NCBI GenBank assembly: GCA_043750875.1
Contig: JAYVAQ010000479.1
Coordinates: 1 to 40,681 of the forward strand
Source of the DNA: Rhodanobacteraceae bacterium
GTDB taxonomy: Bacteria > Pseudomonadota > Gammaproteobacteria > Xanthomonadales > SZUA-5
Direction of reading: 5' to 3'
DNA: 40,681 nucleotides
Shown piece by piece: positions 9,010 through 16,824 of this stretch; within the stretch, counting starts at the first letter, position 1, and each line of letters begins with the position of its first letter. The notes beneath the pieces are model-generated. The model saw only the letters and a list, made by a program, of their open reading frames with translations. It made no database searches and was not told the DNA's origin. A program made the position numbers and the translations under genes.

Positions 9010-9702
9010 CTATGAAGCGCTCGCATCACTGGAACTCTGGGTATCCAACGAACGCGCCGGATCACTCAACTCCAGCGTGCGCAATAAAACCCCCGCTTGG
9101 GTGCGATTGCGCACCGCCAATTTCTCGAAAATCGCGCTCATATGCGCTTTCACAGTGCGTTCTTGAATGTTGAGCTCATCGGCGATCTGCTTATTCAAAC
9201 GCCCATTGGCAACACGCACCAGCACTTTAAATTGCTGCGGGCTCAGGCTTGCTAGGCGCGCTGCGTTTTGTCGGTCACTGGCATCAATGCGCGCGCTGGC
9301 TACCGCATCACGCAACTTCGGCGGCACGTATTGCTCACAGTCCAACACCGCGCGAATACCGGCTTGTAACTCCGTTAAATCGGCGCGTTTGGTCAGATAG
9401 CCCGCAGCGCCATAAGCCAAAGCCCGTCGAATCGTTATCGCGTCATCGTGCGCGGAAATCATCACTACCGCGACCCCAGGATGCTCTGCACGCAAGGCCG
9501 CTAAACCCATTAGCCCGTGGCTTCCGGGCATATGCAAATCGAGCAACACCAAATCGGTATCGGGGTATTTGATCAGCGCAGCACGTGCCGCATCCAGATC
9601 GTGCGCTTCACTCAGTTCTGCCTCTGGCATAACCCCACGCACCGCTTGTACCAGCGCAAGCCGATACAGCGGGTGGTCGTCAGCGATGAGTAAGCGGGTC
9701 AT
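9010..9702 (-). CDS. LuxR/FixJ-family (NarL-type) response regulator; likely partner of the hybrid kinase (CrbR/ErdR-like)
   Basis: MTRLLIADDHPLYRLAL...DLVLLDLHMPG is the receiver domain. LSPQQFKVLVRVANGRLNKQIADELNIQERTVKAHMSAIFEKLAVRNRTQA is the LuxR HTH. The ORF-track start at 9774 is a TTG; ATG 9702 gives the canonical receiver N-terminus. Confidence 0.9.
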   Translation of the reverse strand: MTRLLIADDHPLYRLALVQAVRGVMPEAELSEAHDLDAARAALIKYPDTDLVLLDLHMPGSHGLMGLAALRAEHPGVAVVMISAHDDAITIRRALAYGAAGYLTKRADLTELQAGIRAVLDCEQYVPPKLRDAVASARIDASDRQNAARLASLSPQQFKVLVRVANGRLNKQIADELNIQERTVKAHMSAIFEKLAVRNRTQAGVLLRTLELSDPARSLDTQSSSDASAS

Positions 9703-9803
9703 GCACTGATGGTATGCCACCCGCGTCGCCGGTGGTATCAAACTGATGGCGCAGTGGACCAAAGTACAATGCAAACGCCAGCATGGATTGTTATCGTCTA
9801 GGC

Positions 9804-11717
9804 ATGAAAAACCTTTCTTTTTTAGCCGTTTCCCAGCGATTGACGACGTTGTTGTTTGTCAGCCTGGCCGTCACCGGCTGCGCGCGCACCCTACACTCTG
9901 GCCACCCCAAACTTGACACCGTTGGAGCGCCAATGATTCTTGAGCTAATCGCCAGTGAAACATCTGAGCATCGTGGCAGCGATGATCTTTTAAGCGCAGG
10001 CTTAGGCGCTGCGGGCCTGCGTAATCCGGTTGCGCCGGCTTTTGTTGCGCCGGAAAAGCCTAGTGCTGCAGAGCTGCGTCGTCGCGCGATTTGGACCAAT
10101 TGGCGCGGCATCGCCGATTTGAGCGTAGGCGGTGGTTACGGCGAATTTTATGGCTCGCTGACTGCAGTGCCGGGGCGCGAATTTCATGCTTTGGCAATTC
10201 TGCCGAAGACAAAGCAGCCGCATCGGGTGCTGGTGCAATTGCCGGATGCATTTGATTTGGCAAAAAGGTGCGTGGTGGTCACTGCCTCGTCCGGCTCGCG
10301 CGGCATTTACGGCGCGATAGCGCTCGCCGGCGGCTGGGGGCTGCCGCGCGGCTGTGCCGTGGCTTACACCGATAAAGGCGCGGGAACGGGCTATGTCGAT
10401 ACCGGCAACCCGCAGCGTATGACGCCTAGCGGCACAGGCGCGATGAGCTGGGAACCGACAGAATTTAACGCCGAGCCATTTTCCGGCGAGGGCGCTGCGC
10501 CAATTGCAATAAAACACGCGCATTCCGGTGATAACCCTGAAGCCGATTGGGGCAATCACGTGCGTCAAGCCGCCGATTTCGCGCTAACGACGCTGAGTGC
10601 TGCGTACCCGAATGAAAGCGCGTTTACCCATGCCAATACCAAAATCATCGCGGTCGGCGTTTCCAACGGTGGCGGCGCGGTGCTGCGTGCGGCGCAATTG
10701 GAAGAACCTTGGCTGGACGGCGTGGTCGCGGTATCGCCTAATATTTGGGCTGCTGACAGCACGGGCGCACGCCCGCTTTATGATTACGCCACCGAAGCCG
10801 CGATTTGGTTGCCGTGCGCGCTGAACGCTACTGCGTTTGACAAAGTGCTGCTGGCACGGCCCGGCGGCGTGAAATCGCCGGTCGGCGCCAGCCGTTGTGG
10901 TGCACTGCATAAGTTGGGTTGGCTGAAAACGACGACATTGGAGGAACAGTACGAGGAAGCGTATGGCTACCTCAAAGGCTTGGGCTGGACCGATGTCGCG
11001 CTCAGCGCAAGTGCGCTCAGCACCAGCTTTGATTTGTGGCGCGCCGTGGCGGTGACCTATGCCTCCGCCTACGCGCGCAGCGATGCCAGCCGCATGCCTT
11101 GCGGCTACGCTTTTCACGCGCTCGGCAGTGACGGCAAAGCGCGCGCGCCAACATTAGCCGAGGCCGTTGCATGGAGCAGTGATGCATCGGGCATCGCACC
11201 TGGCGCAGGGGTTTTTATAACTGATTCGCTCGCGCAAACGCCTGCGGCAAATGCCGCAGATCCAGCACTTGCTGGGCTGCTTTGTCTGCGTGCGTTATGG
11301 CAGGGCAAAAGCGAAATCGCCACGACGGTAAACACCAGCATCGCAGCGACGGCAGCAAAACCGCCGCGGGTTGGCCTTGCCACGATTGTGATCCATGGGC
11401 TTGACGACGGTTTAATTCCGGCCGCCTTCAGCAGCGCGCCCTATGTCGCACACGCCAAATCGCAGGGCCGCAATGTGCGCTATTGGCGCGTGCACAACGC
11501 GCAGCACTTTGACGCCTTTATTGGGCTGCCGGTTTGGGCTAGCCGCTACGTGCCGCTGATGCCGTATGCCTATCACGCGCTCGATGCGATGTGGTTGCAT
11601 GTATCGCAAGCGGCTGAATTACCGGCGGATGCCGAGCTGATGACTACACCGCGTGCGCTGGGTGCGGCGGGGGTTAGTCCGTTGACGGCGGCGAATTTGG
11701 GTTTGTTGCCGCAGTAG
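9804..11717 (+). CDS. D-(-)-3-hydroxybutyrate oligomer hydrolase family protein, lipoprotein
   Basis: MKNLSFLAVSQRLTTLLFVSLAVTGC is a signal peptide with a lipobox. GSDDLLSAGLGAAGL...PSAAELRRRAIWTNWRGIADLSVGGGYGEFYG matches my recollection of the 3HB-oligomer hydrolase family N-terminal signature. GVSNGGG is a nucleophile-elbow-like motif. An alternative start is ATG 9783. Confidence 0.8.
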   Translation: MKNLSFLAVSQRLTTLLFVSLAVTGCARTLHSGHPKLDTVGAPMILELIASETSEHRGSDDLLSAGLGAAGLRNPVAPAFVAPEKPSAAELRRRAIWTNWRGIADLSVGGGYGEFYGSLTAVPGREFHALAILPKTKQPHRVLVQLPDAFDLAKRCVVVTASSGSRGIYGAIALAGGWGLPRGCAVAYTDKGAGTGYVDTGNPQRMTPSGTGAMSWEPTEFNAEPFSGEGAAPIAIKHAHSGDNPEADWGNHVRQAADFALTTLSAAYPNESAFTHANTKIIAVGVSNGGGAVLRAAQLEEPWLDGVVAVSPNIWAADSTGARPLYDYATEAAIWLPCALNATAFDKVLLARPGGVKSPVGASRCGALHKLGWLKTTTLEEQYEEAYGYLKGLGWTDVALSASALSTSFDLWRAVAVTYASAYARSDASRMPCGYAFHALGSDGKARAPTLAEAVAWSSDASGIAPGAGVFITDSLAQTPAANAADPALAGLLCLRALWQGKSEIATTVNTSIAATAAKPPRVGLATIVIHGLDDGLIPAAFSSAPYVAHAKSQGRNVRYWRVHNAQHFDAFIGLPVWASRYVPLMPYAYHALDAMWLHVSQAAELPADAELMTTPRALGAAGVSPLTAANLGLLPQ

Positions 11718-11721
11718 CGCC

Positions 11722-12318
11722 TTAAAGCAACTGTTGCGACAGCGCAAACAAAGCTTTGGCGCGATGACTACAGACGTTTTTAACGCTCGAATCCAGTTCG
11801 GCCGCACTTTTTCCTAGGCTGACGTCGAAAAATATCGAGTCATAGCCAAAACCATGGCTACCACGGGGCGCTGAAAGAATTTCGCCGCGCCATTCGCCCT
11901 GCGCAATCAAGGGCAGCGGGTCCAACTCGTGGCGTACCAACACCAGCACGCTGATAAATCGTGCGCTGCGATTTTGTGCGCCACGCATGTCTGCCAGCAA
12001 TTTCGCAATATTTGCTGACGTATTCCCATGCGCGCCAGCGTAGTGCGCGCTAATCAAGCCGGGCGCGCCGTCCAGCACGTCCACGCATAGGCCCGAATCG
12101 TCCGCGAGGGCGGCCATGCCACTTAATTTGGCCGCGTTGCGCGCCTTGATCAGCGCGTTTTCGACAAACGCGATGCCGGTCTCCGGCGGGTCGGTGATGC
12201 CTAATGCGGTTTGACTGATCACCTGAATGCCTAGCGGTGCCAGTAGTGCATCGAACTCCGCCAGCTTACCCGGGTTGCCGCTGGCGATCACGAGCTTATT
12301 AAAGCCGAAAAACAACAT
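11722..12318 (-). CDS. rdgB: Non-canonical purine NTP pyrophosphatase (RdgB/HAM1 family)
   Basis: LVIASGNPGKLAEF...EDSGLCVDVLDGAPGLISAHYAG...FGYDSIFF are classic RdgB motifs. The gene lies directly downstream of rph, as in many proteobacteria. Confidence 0.9.
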   Translation of the reverse strand: MLFFGFNKLVIASGNPGKLAEFDALLAPLGIQVISQTALGITDPPETGIAFVENALIKARNAAKLSGMAALADDSGLCVDVLDGAPGLISAHYAGAHGNTSANIAKLLADMRGAQNRSARFISVLVLVRHELDPLPLIAQGEWRGEILSAPRGSHGFGYDSIFFDVSLGKSAAELDSSVKNVCSHRAKALFALSQQLL

Positions 12319-12331
12319 GATCCGCTCCGTG

Positions 12332-13054
12332 TTAGCGCCCTAGCGCCGCGCGTTGCGCTGCGCAAAGCTGGGTGATGCCGATGCCCGCCAAATCCAGCAA
12401 GGCATTGAGCTCGGCGCGCGAAAACGCGTGGCCTTCGGCGGTGCCTTGCACTTCAATTAAGCCACCGGCGTCGGTCATCACCACATTCATGTCGGTATCG
12501 CACTGGCTGTCTTCAACATAGTCCAGATCCAGCACCGGCTGACCTTGATAAATGCCGACACTGACCGCCGCCACTTGCCCATGCACCGGGTCTTTTTTGA
12601 TCGCGCCGGTCTTGAGTAGCTTCTGACACGCATCGACGAGCGCGACATACGCGCCGGTAATCGCTGCGGTGCGCGTGCCACCATCGGCCTGCAGTACGTC
12701 GCAATCGAGCTTGATCTCGCGCTCGCCCAGCGCTTCAAAATTCATCACCGCACGCAAAGAGCGGCCGATCAAGCGCTGAATCTCATGCGTGCGCCCGCTT
12801 GGGCCGCGCTGGGTGTCGCGGTTGCCCCGTGTGTGCGTGGCGCGCGGCAGCATGGAATATTCCGCCGTCACCCAGCCCTTGCCGGTGCCGCGCCGATGCG
12901 GTGGCGAACGGTCATCAACGCTAGCGGTGCACAGTACCAAGGTGTCACCAAAGCCCACCAGCACGGAGCCTTCCGCATATTTCGTGTAGTTGCGCTCGAT
13001 GCGCACGCTACGCAGCTGATCCGCGCTGCGGCCAGAAGGACGGGGTTTAGTCAT
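12332..13054 (-). CDS. rph: Ribonuclease PH
   Basis: [42 protein letters not shown]...[17 protein letters not shown]...[22 protein letters not shown] is near-universal RNase PH sequence. Confidence 0.95.
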   Translation of the reverse strand: MTKPRPSGRSADQLRSVRIERNYTKYAEGSVLVGFGDTLVLCTASVDDRSPPHRRGTGKGWVTAEYSMLPRATHTRGNRDTQRGPSGRTHEIQRLIGRSLRAVMNFEALGEREIKLDCDVLQADGGTRTAAITGAYVALVDACQKLLKTGAIKKDPVHGQVAAVSVGIYQGQPVLDLDYVEDSQCDTDMNVVMTDAGGLIEVQGTAEGHAFSRAELNALLDLAGIGITQLCAAQRAALGR

Positions 13055-13147
13055 AGCGAATCACTCAATAATTTTGTGGCGCGATGCTACACGTAGTTGT
13101 TGGTTGCGCCTGAAAGAATTGACGTTTAAATCAATCTGATCAATGCA

Positions 13148-14377
13148 CTAACGTAATAGTGGCGACTCCAAAACTTTAGACGGCCGCCCCAATACTTTTG
13201 CCGCAATCGCTTTGAACTCTTCCGTCGATATCCGCTTACGTGCGGCCACTACAATTTGCACGACGTTGTCGATGTTGCGTTTACCGCCGCTGGCACGGCG
13301 AATTTCTTGGTCTAGCTCGTTCATCAAAATCACGGCCCTTGCGGTTATTTCGCCTGTAGAGCGCGGCACGGTGATCGTTTTTACGGCTTTGCTCCAAGCT
13401 TTGAGCGTGTTCAAAGTGTCGGAAAAACGTTCCTCAGTCATGCCACCGGAGCGGCGAATGACTTCAACACCATAAAATTCTGCCAAGCCTTCGGCGATCC
13501 AGTCGCTGCGTTTGGCACCCCGAATGCGGGAAATGGAGTGCGACAATTCATGCAACAGTGAAGATGTGCCATTTTCGCTGATCATGGGTCGATCCATATG
13601 GATAAACAGCGAATTCGGCGCTGAAAGTCCACCGCGCCACATTGGATCTGGCCCGGTGACAATCAACAAGCGCTTCGGCATTCTGCCAAATGCTCGCTTA
13701 AGTTCGGGCAAGGTGTAATTGAGCAGTGCCAACATATCTTGGCGGCGCACGCCCAAGCCTTCGGGGCCTGCGACAAAAACCTGGCAACCCGCAATTGTTT
13801 CAATGCGATTCGCAATTTCACCGGCAATCATCCAGCCTTTGGGTACGTCAAACTTGCGTCGCACGTCTTTTAAGTTGAAGCGATACTGCGTTTCACTGGT
13901 ACGGTCGTAGCCAGTATTGATATGCCAACCTTTCGCCATGGTCAGCACCAGCTCGCTATCCGAGTGGCCTTTTGCCGTCACTCGGGCTTTTGGAAAGGCA
14001 TCGTCGCCACGAAAGATTGCCCAATTCGCGCCAACCAACGCATCAAAGCCACCATCCGCGCGTTTGTGGTTGATCGCCACCGAATAGCGCAATGTGCCGC
14101 CGGCTTGCGGTGGCGTCCAAAAAACTTTGTCGCCAACAATTTTGACGTCGCCATCGCCAGTAATGTTGCTGTAGCGGCTAACCGGCATGCTTAAGCGCAT
14201 TTTTGCGACGTAGCCAGTGCCAGATGTAAGCGCAAGCGAGCCTTTGGCGGATTGACTTGAGGGTTGCAGATCTAGGCTAAATCGCGCTTGATAGTGTCGA
14301 GATGCGTGCGCTCTTTCGCCAAAAAGGCAAAGCGCAGCAAGTACAACAGTCAGCGCGAACCCAAAATAATGTCGCAT
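13148..14377 (-). CDS. Secreted zinc metallopeptidase, gluzincin type (HExxH followed by WIAEGLAEFY), family not resolved
   Basis: The signal peptide is MRHYFGFALTVVLAALCLFGERAHA. LLHELSHSISRIRGAKRSDWIAEGLAEFYG gives HELSH plus a downstream Glu in an M1/M61-like WxxEG context. Confidence 0.55.
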   Translation of the reverse strand: MRHYFGFALTVVLAALCLFGERAHASRHYQARFSLDLQPSSQSAKGSLALTSGTGYVAKMRLSMPVSRYSNITGDGDVKIVGDKVFWTPPQAGGTLRYSVAINHKRADGGFDALVGANWAIFRGDDAFPKARVTAKGHSDSELVLTMAKGWHINTGYDRTSETQYRFNLKDVRRKFDVPKGWMIAGEIANRIETIAGCQVFVAGPEGLGVRRQDMLALLNYTLPELKRAFGRMPKRLLIVTGPDPMWRGGLSAPNSLFIHMDRPMISENGTSSLLHELSHSISRIRGAKRSDWIAEGLAEFYGVEVIRRSGGMTEERFSDTLNTLKAWSKAVKTITVPRSTGEITARAVILMNELDQEIRRASGGKRNIDNVVQIVVAARKRISTEEFKAIAAKVLGRPSKVLESPLLR

Positions 14378-14519
14378 AGAATTCCTTCGTTATTCATCGA
14401 ATTGCCAATGCTAACGTGTTGCGCGTGGAATTCGCGAACTCAACGAACTCGTTTGGGGCCCGGAACTTCCGCCAAAACCGCCGGTCAAGCCTAGCCTGAT
14501 AAACAAATTTGAGCGCGCA

Positions 14520-15284
14520 ATGCGAATTTTACAACCTTTTTCCTACTTGTTCGCAGCCGCGCTAGTAGTCAATGCTTGGCATAGCGCCGCGAACGCGGTG
14601 GCAACGAACAGCAACCCAGAAATCCATGCGGCAGTCGCGGCTTTGAATCCGCAACTTAAAGTATCCAGCATCAAAGATTCCGCTATTCCCGGCGTGAAAG
14701 AGGTCATCGTCGGCTCAGAAGTCCTTTATTTTAGTAGCGATGGCAAACATTTGATTCAAGGCACCATGTTTGAAACCAGCACCAAGCGCAATCTGACTGA
14801 CGACGCGCTTGCGGGCATTCGTGTGAACGCGCTAAAAGGCGTCGTTGCGAAAGACATGATCGTCTTCCCGGCCAAGGGTAAGCGCTTGCATTCGATTAAA
14901 ATCGTGTCCGACATTGACTGTGGCGTATGCCGAAAGCTGCATTCTGAGATCGCACAATTTACCGATGTCGGTATCGAAGTGCAGTATCTGATCATGCCGC
15001 GCAACGGTTTGACCGATGATTCGGCGCGCAAAGCGACTGCGGTGTATTGCGCCGCTAACCCGCAAAAGGCGCTTACAGAAGCGAAAAGTGGCAGCGATCC
15101 CGGCAATGCTAACTGCCCGAATCCAGTTGCACGCAATGTTGCACTTGCGAGTGCGCTAGGCATCAATGCCACACCCACATTAGTGTTTGCAGATGGCGGC
15201 ATCACGCCTGGCTACTTACCGGCGGCGGCACTACTCGCTGAGCTTGATCGCCGCGCCGCCATCAGTGTTAAAAAGCCGCTCTAA
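14520..15284 (+). CDS. Periplasmic thiol:disulfide interchange protein, DsbC/DsbG family (paralog 1, CGVC active site)
   Basis: It has a signal peptide, an N-terminal dimerisation domain, the thioredoxin-fold motif DIDCGVCRKLH, a second Cys pair (VYCAANP...NANCPNP) and a cis-Pro region GINATPTLVF. Confidence 0.8.
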   Translation: MRILQPFSYLFAAALVVNAWHSAANAVATNSNPEIHAAVAALNPQLKVSSIKDSAIPGVKEVIVGSEVLYFSSDGKHLIQGTMFETSTKRNLTDDALAGIRVNALKGVVAKDMIVFPAKGKRLHSIKIVSDIDCGVCRKLHSEIAQFTDVGIEVQYLIMPRNGLTDDSARKATAVYCAANPQKALTEAKSGSDPGNANCPNPVARNVALASALGINATPTLVFADGGITPGYLPAAALLAELDRRAAISVKKPL

Positions 15285-15386
15285 AGGACGCTCGCCCTTC
15301 GCGCAATCGCAAAGTACACTCAGCTCCCTGAAAAAATCCTCATCCTTGTCAAAACTTTTTTTGCAATTATCTACTCTGGAAAAACC

Positions 15387-16145
15387 ATGCGCTTTTCGAC
15401 TTCATTTGTTTCGCGGTGTCGCCTTCCGGCGAGACTACTCGCCACCGCTATCTTGGCTGCTACCTCCTTTGCACAAGCGGGTGAAGCACAAGTGCGTGCG
15501 GCGATCAAAATGTTAAATCCTTCAGCGGTCATCGACTCGGTCAAAGCCACGCCGGTCAAGGGCTGGATGGAAGCGACATTGGGCGGGCAAATTATTTATT
15601 TCAGTGAAGACGGTAAATATTTGCTACAGGGCGCACTGGTGGAAACGGCCACGCGGCGCAATTTGACCGAAGAATCGCAGTCGGTGGTGCGCGTTGCGGA
15701 ACTGGCCAAGATTAAAAAGAAAGACATGATCATCTTTCCGGCCAACGGCCCGACTAAACATGTCGTTAAAGTATTCACCGACATTGATTGCGGCTACTGC
15801 CGCAAGCTGCACACAGAAATTAAGCAATACAGCGATCTGGGCATAGAGGTGCAATATCTTTGGTTCCCTCGCGCCGGCGTTCCGAGCGAATCTTCCCGCA
15901 AAGCGATCGCTGTTTTCTGCGCTAAAGATCAGCGTAAGGCGATGACGGATGCCAAAAACGGCACCGATCCAGGCAATGCAACCTGCATTAATCCAATTGA
16001 AGCGGATTACAACATGGGTCAACGCATGGGCGTGAACGGCACCCCGGCGTTACTGCTAACCGATGGCACTTTGATGCCCGGCTACTTGCCAGCGCCGCAG
16101 CTTTTGGTGGAGTTGGACAAACACGCGGCGACGAAGAAGAAGTAG
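15387..16145 (+). CDS. dsbC: Periplasmic thiol:disulfide interchange protein DsbC (paralog 2, CGYC active site)
   Basis: It has a signal peptide, TDIDCGYCRKLH (the canonical DsbC CGYC), a second Cys pair and GVNGTPALLL. By eye it is roughly half identical to the upstream paralog. Confidence 0.85.
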   Translation: MRFSTSFVSRCRLPARLLATAILAATSFAQAGEAQVRAAIKMLNPSAVIDSVKATPVKGWMEATLGGQIIYFSEDGKYLLQGALVETATRRNLTEESQSVVRVAELAKIKKKDMIIFPANGPTKHVVKVFTDIDCGYCRKLHTEIKQYSDLGIEVQYLWFPRAGVPSESSRKAIAVFCAKDQRKAMTDAKNGTDPGNATCINPIEADYNMGQRMGVNGTPALLLTDGTLMPGYLPAPQLLVELDKHAATKKK

Positions 16146-16155
16146 TTTCAGCCCG

Positions 16156-16187
16156 AAAAAAAACCCCGGCTTGCTGGGGTTTTTTTT
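16156..16187. terminator. Bidirectional Rho-independent terminator between dsbC and the convergent lipid operon
   Basis: The structure is A8, CCCCGG, loop CTTG, CTGGGG, T8. The GC stem (one G-U pair) is flanked by an A-run and a T-run, so it works on both strands. Confidence 0.8.
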
Positions 16188-16209
16188 CGTATTATTTTTG
16201 ACGGCGCGA

Positions 16210-16824
16210 CTAGCGCCCGATCCAAAGCAACCAGCGCCACAACCCTAGGCCTGAGTGTTGCTCGTGCAGCTCGATGTGCGGGAATTGCTGCTGCAGCAAC
16301 GTAGCCAGCGCCCCATCCATCCGCACGTGATTGACGCCCATCCAGCGCGCGAACCAACGCGCCCGGGTGTTATCAAAGTCAACAATCGCTAATCGGCCGG
16401 TGGGCGTTAGCAGCTTTTGCAGCTTTTGCAGCGTTTGCGCAAGCTGATTGCCGGTCATCGATAACATGTAAGAACACACGATCAGATCGTATTGCATGCC
16501 TGGCATTTGCGCGATATCGGTGTTGCGTAAGCTGATGCGCGCGCGCGCATTAGGATCCAATTTTTGCACCAAATTTCGCCCTGCCTGCGCCAACATCGCG
16601 GCAGAAAGGTCAACGCCGGTAATTTGTGCCTGCGGAAACGCCTTTGCTAAAGCGCAAAGATTTTTGCCGGTGCCGCAGCCTAGATCGAGGATCTGTTTTG
16701 GCGCACCGGATGATCTGCTAAGCACCTGAATCAGGCGCGTGCGGCCGAACAAGAATGCCCAGCGAGTGGCATCATAAATCGGCGCATGTAGGCGGTAATA
16801 GCGCTTTAACGCTTCCGTACTCAC
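16210..16824 (-). CDS. Class I SAM-dependent methyltransferase, BtaB-like (candidate DGTS N-methyltransferase)
   Basis: The SAM motif I is ILDLGCGTGKN. At 204 aa it is about the size of BtaB. Its GTG start overlaps the TGA of the upstream BtaA-like gene (GTGA at 16821..16824). Confidence 0.65.
   Translation of the reverse strand: MSTEALKRYYRLHAPIYDATRWAFLFGRTRLIQVLSRSSGAPKQILDLGCGTGKNLCALAKAFPQAQITGVDLSAAMLAQAGRNLVQKLDPNARARISLRNTDIAQMPGMQYDLIVCSYMLSMTGNQLAQTLQKLQKLLTPTGRLAIVDFDNTRARWFARWMGVNHVRMDGALATLLQQQFPHIELHEQHSGLGLWRWLLWIGR

Noticed and set aside
15346-15373. A sigma-70-like TTGTCA-N16-TATCTA in front of the second dsbC paralog.
   Set aside because: The -10 element would end only 14 nt before the ATG, leaving almost no room for a leader or RBS. 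It is a weak -10 match, so I did not call it.
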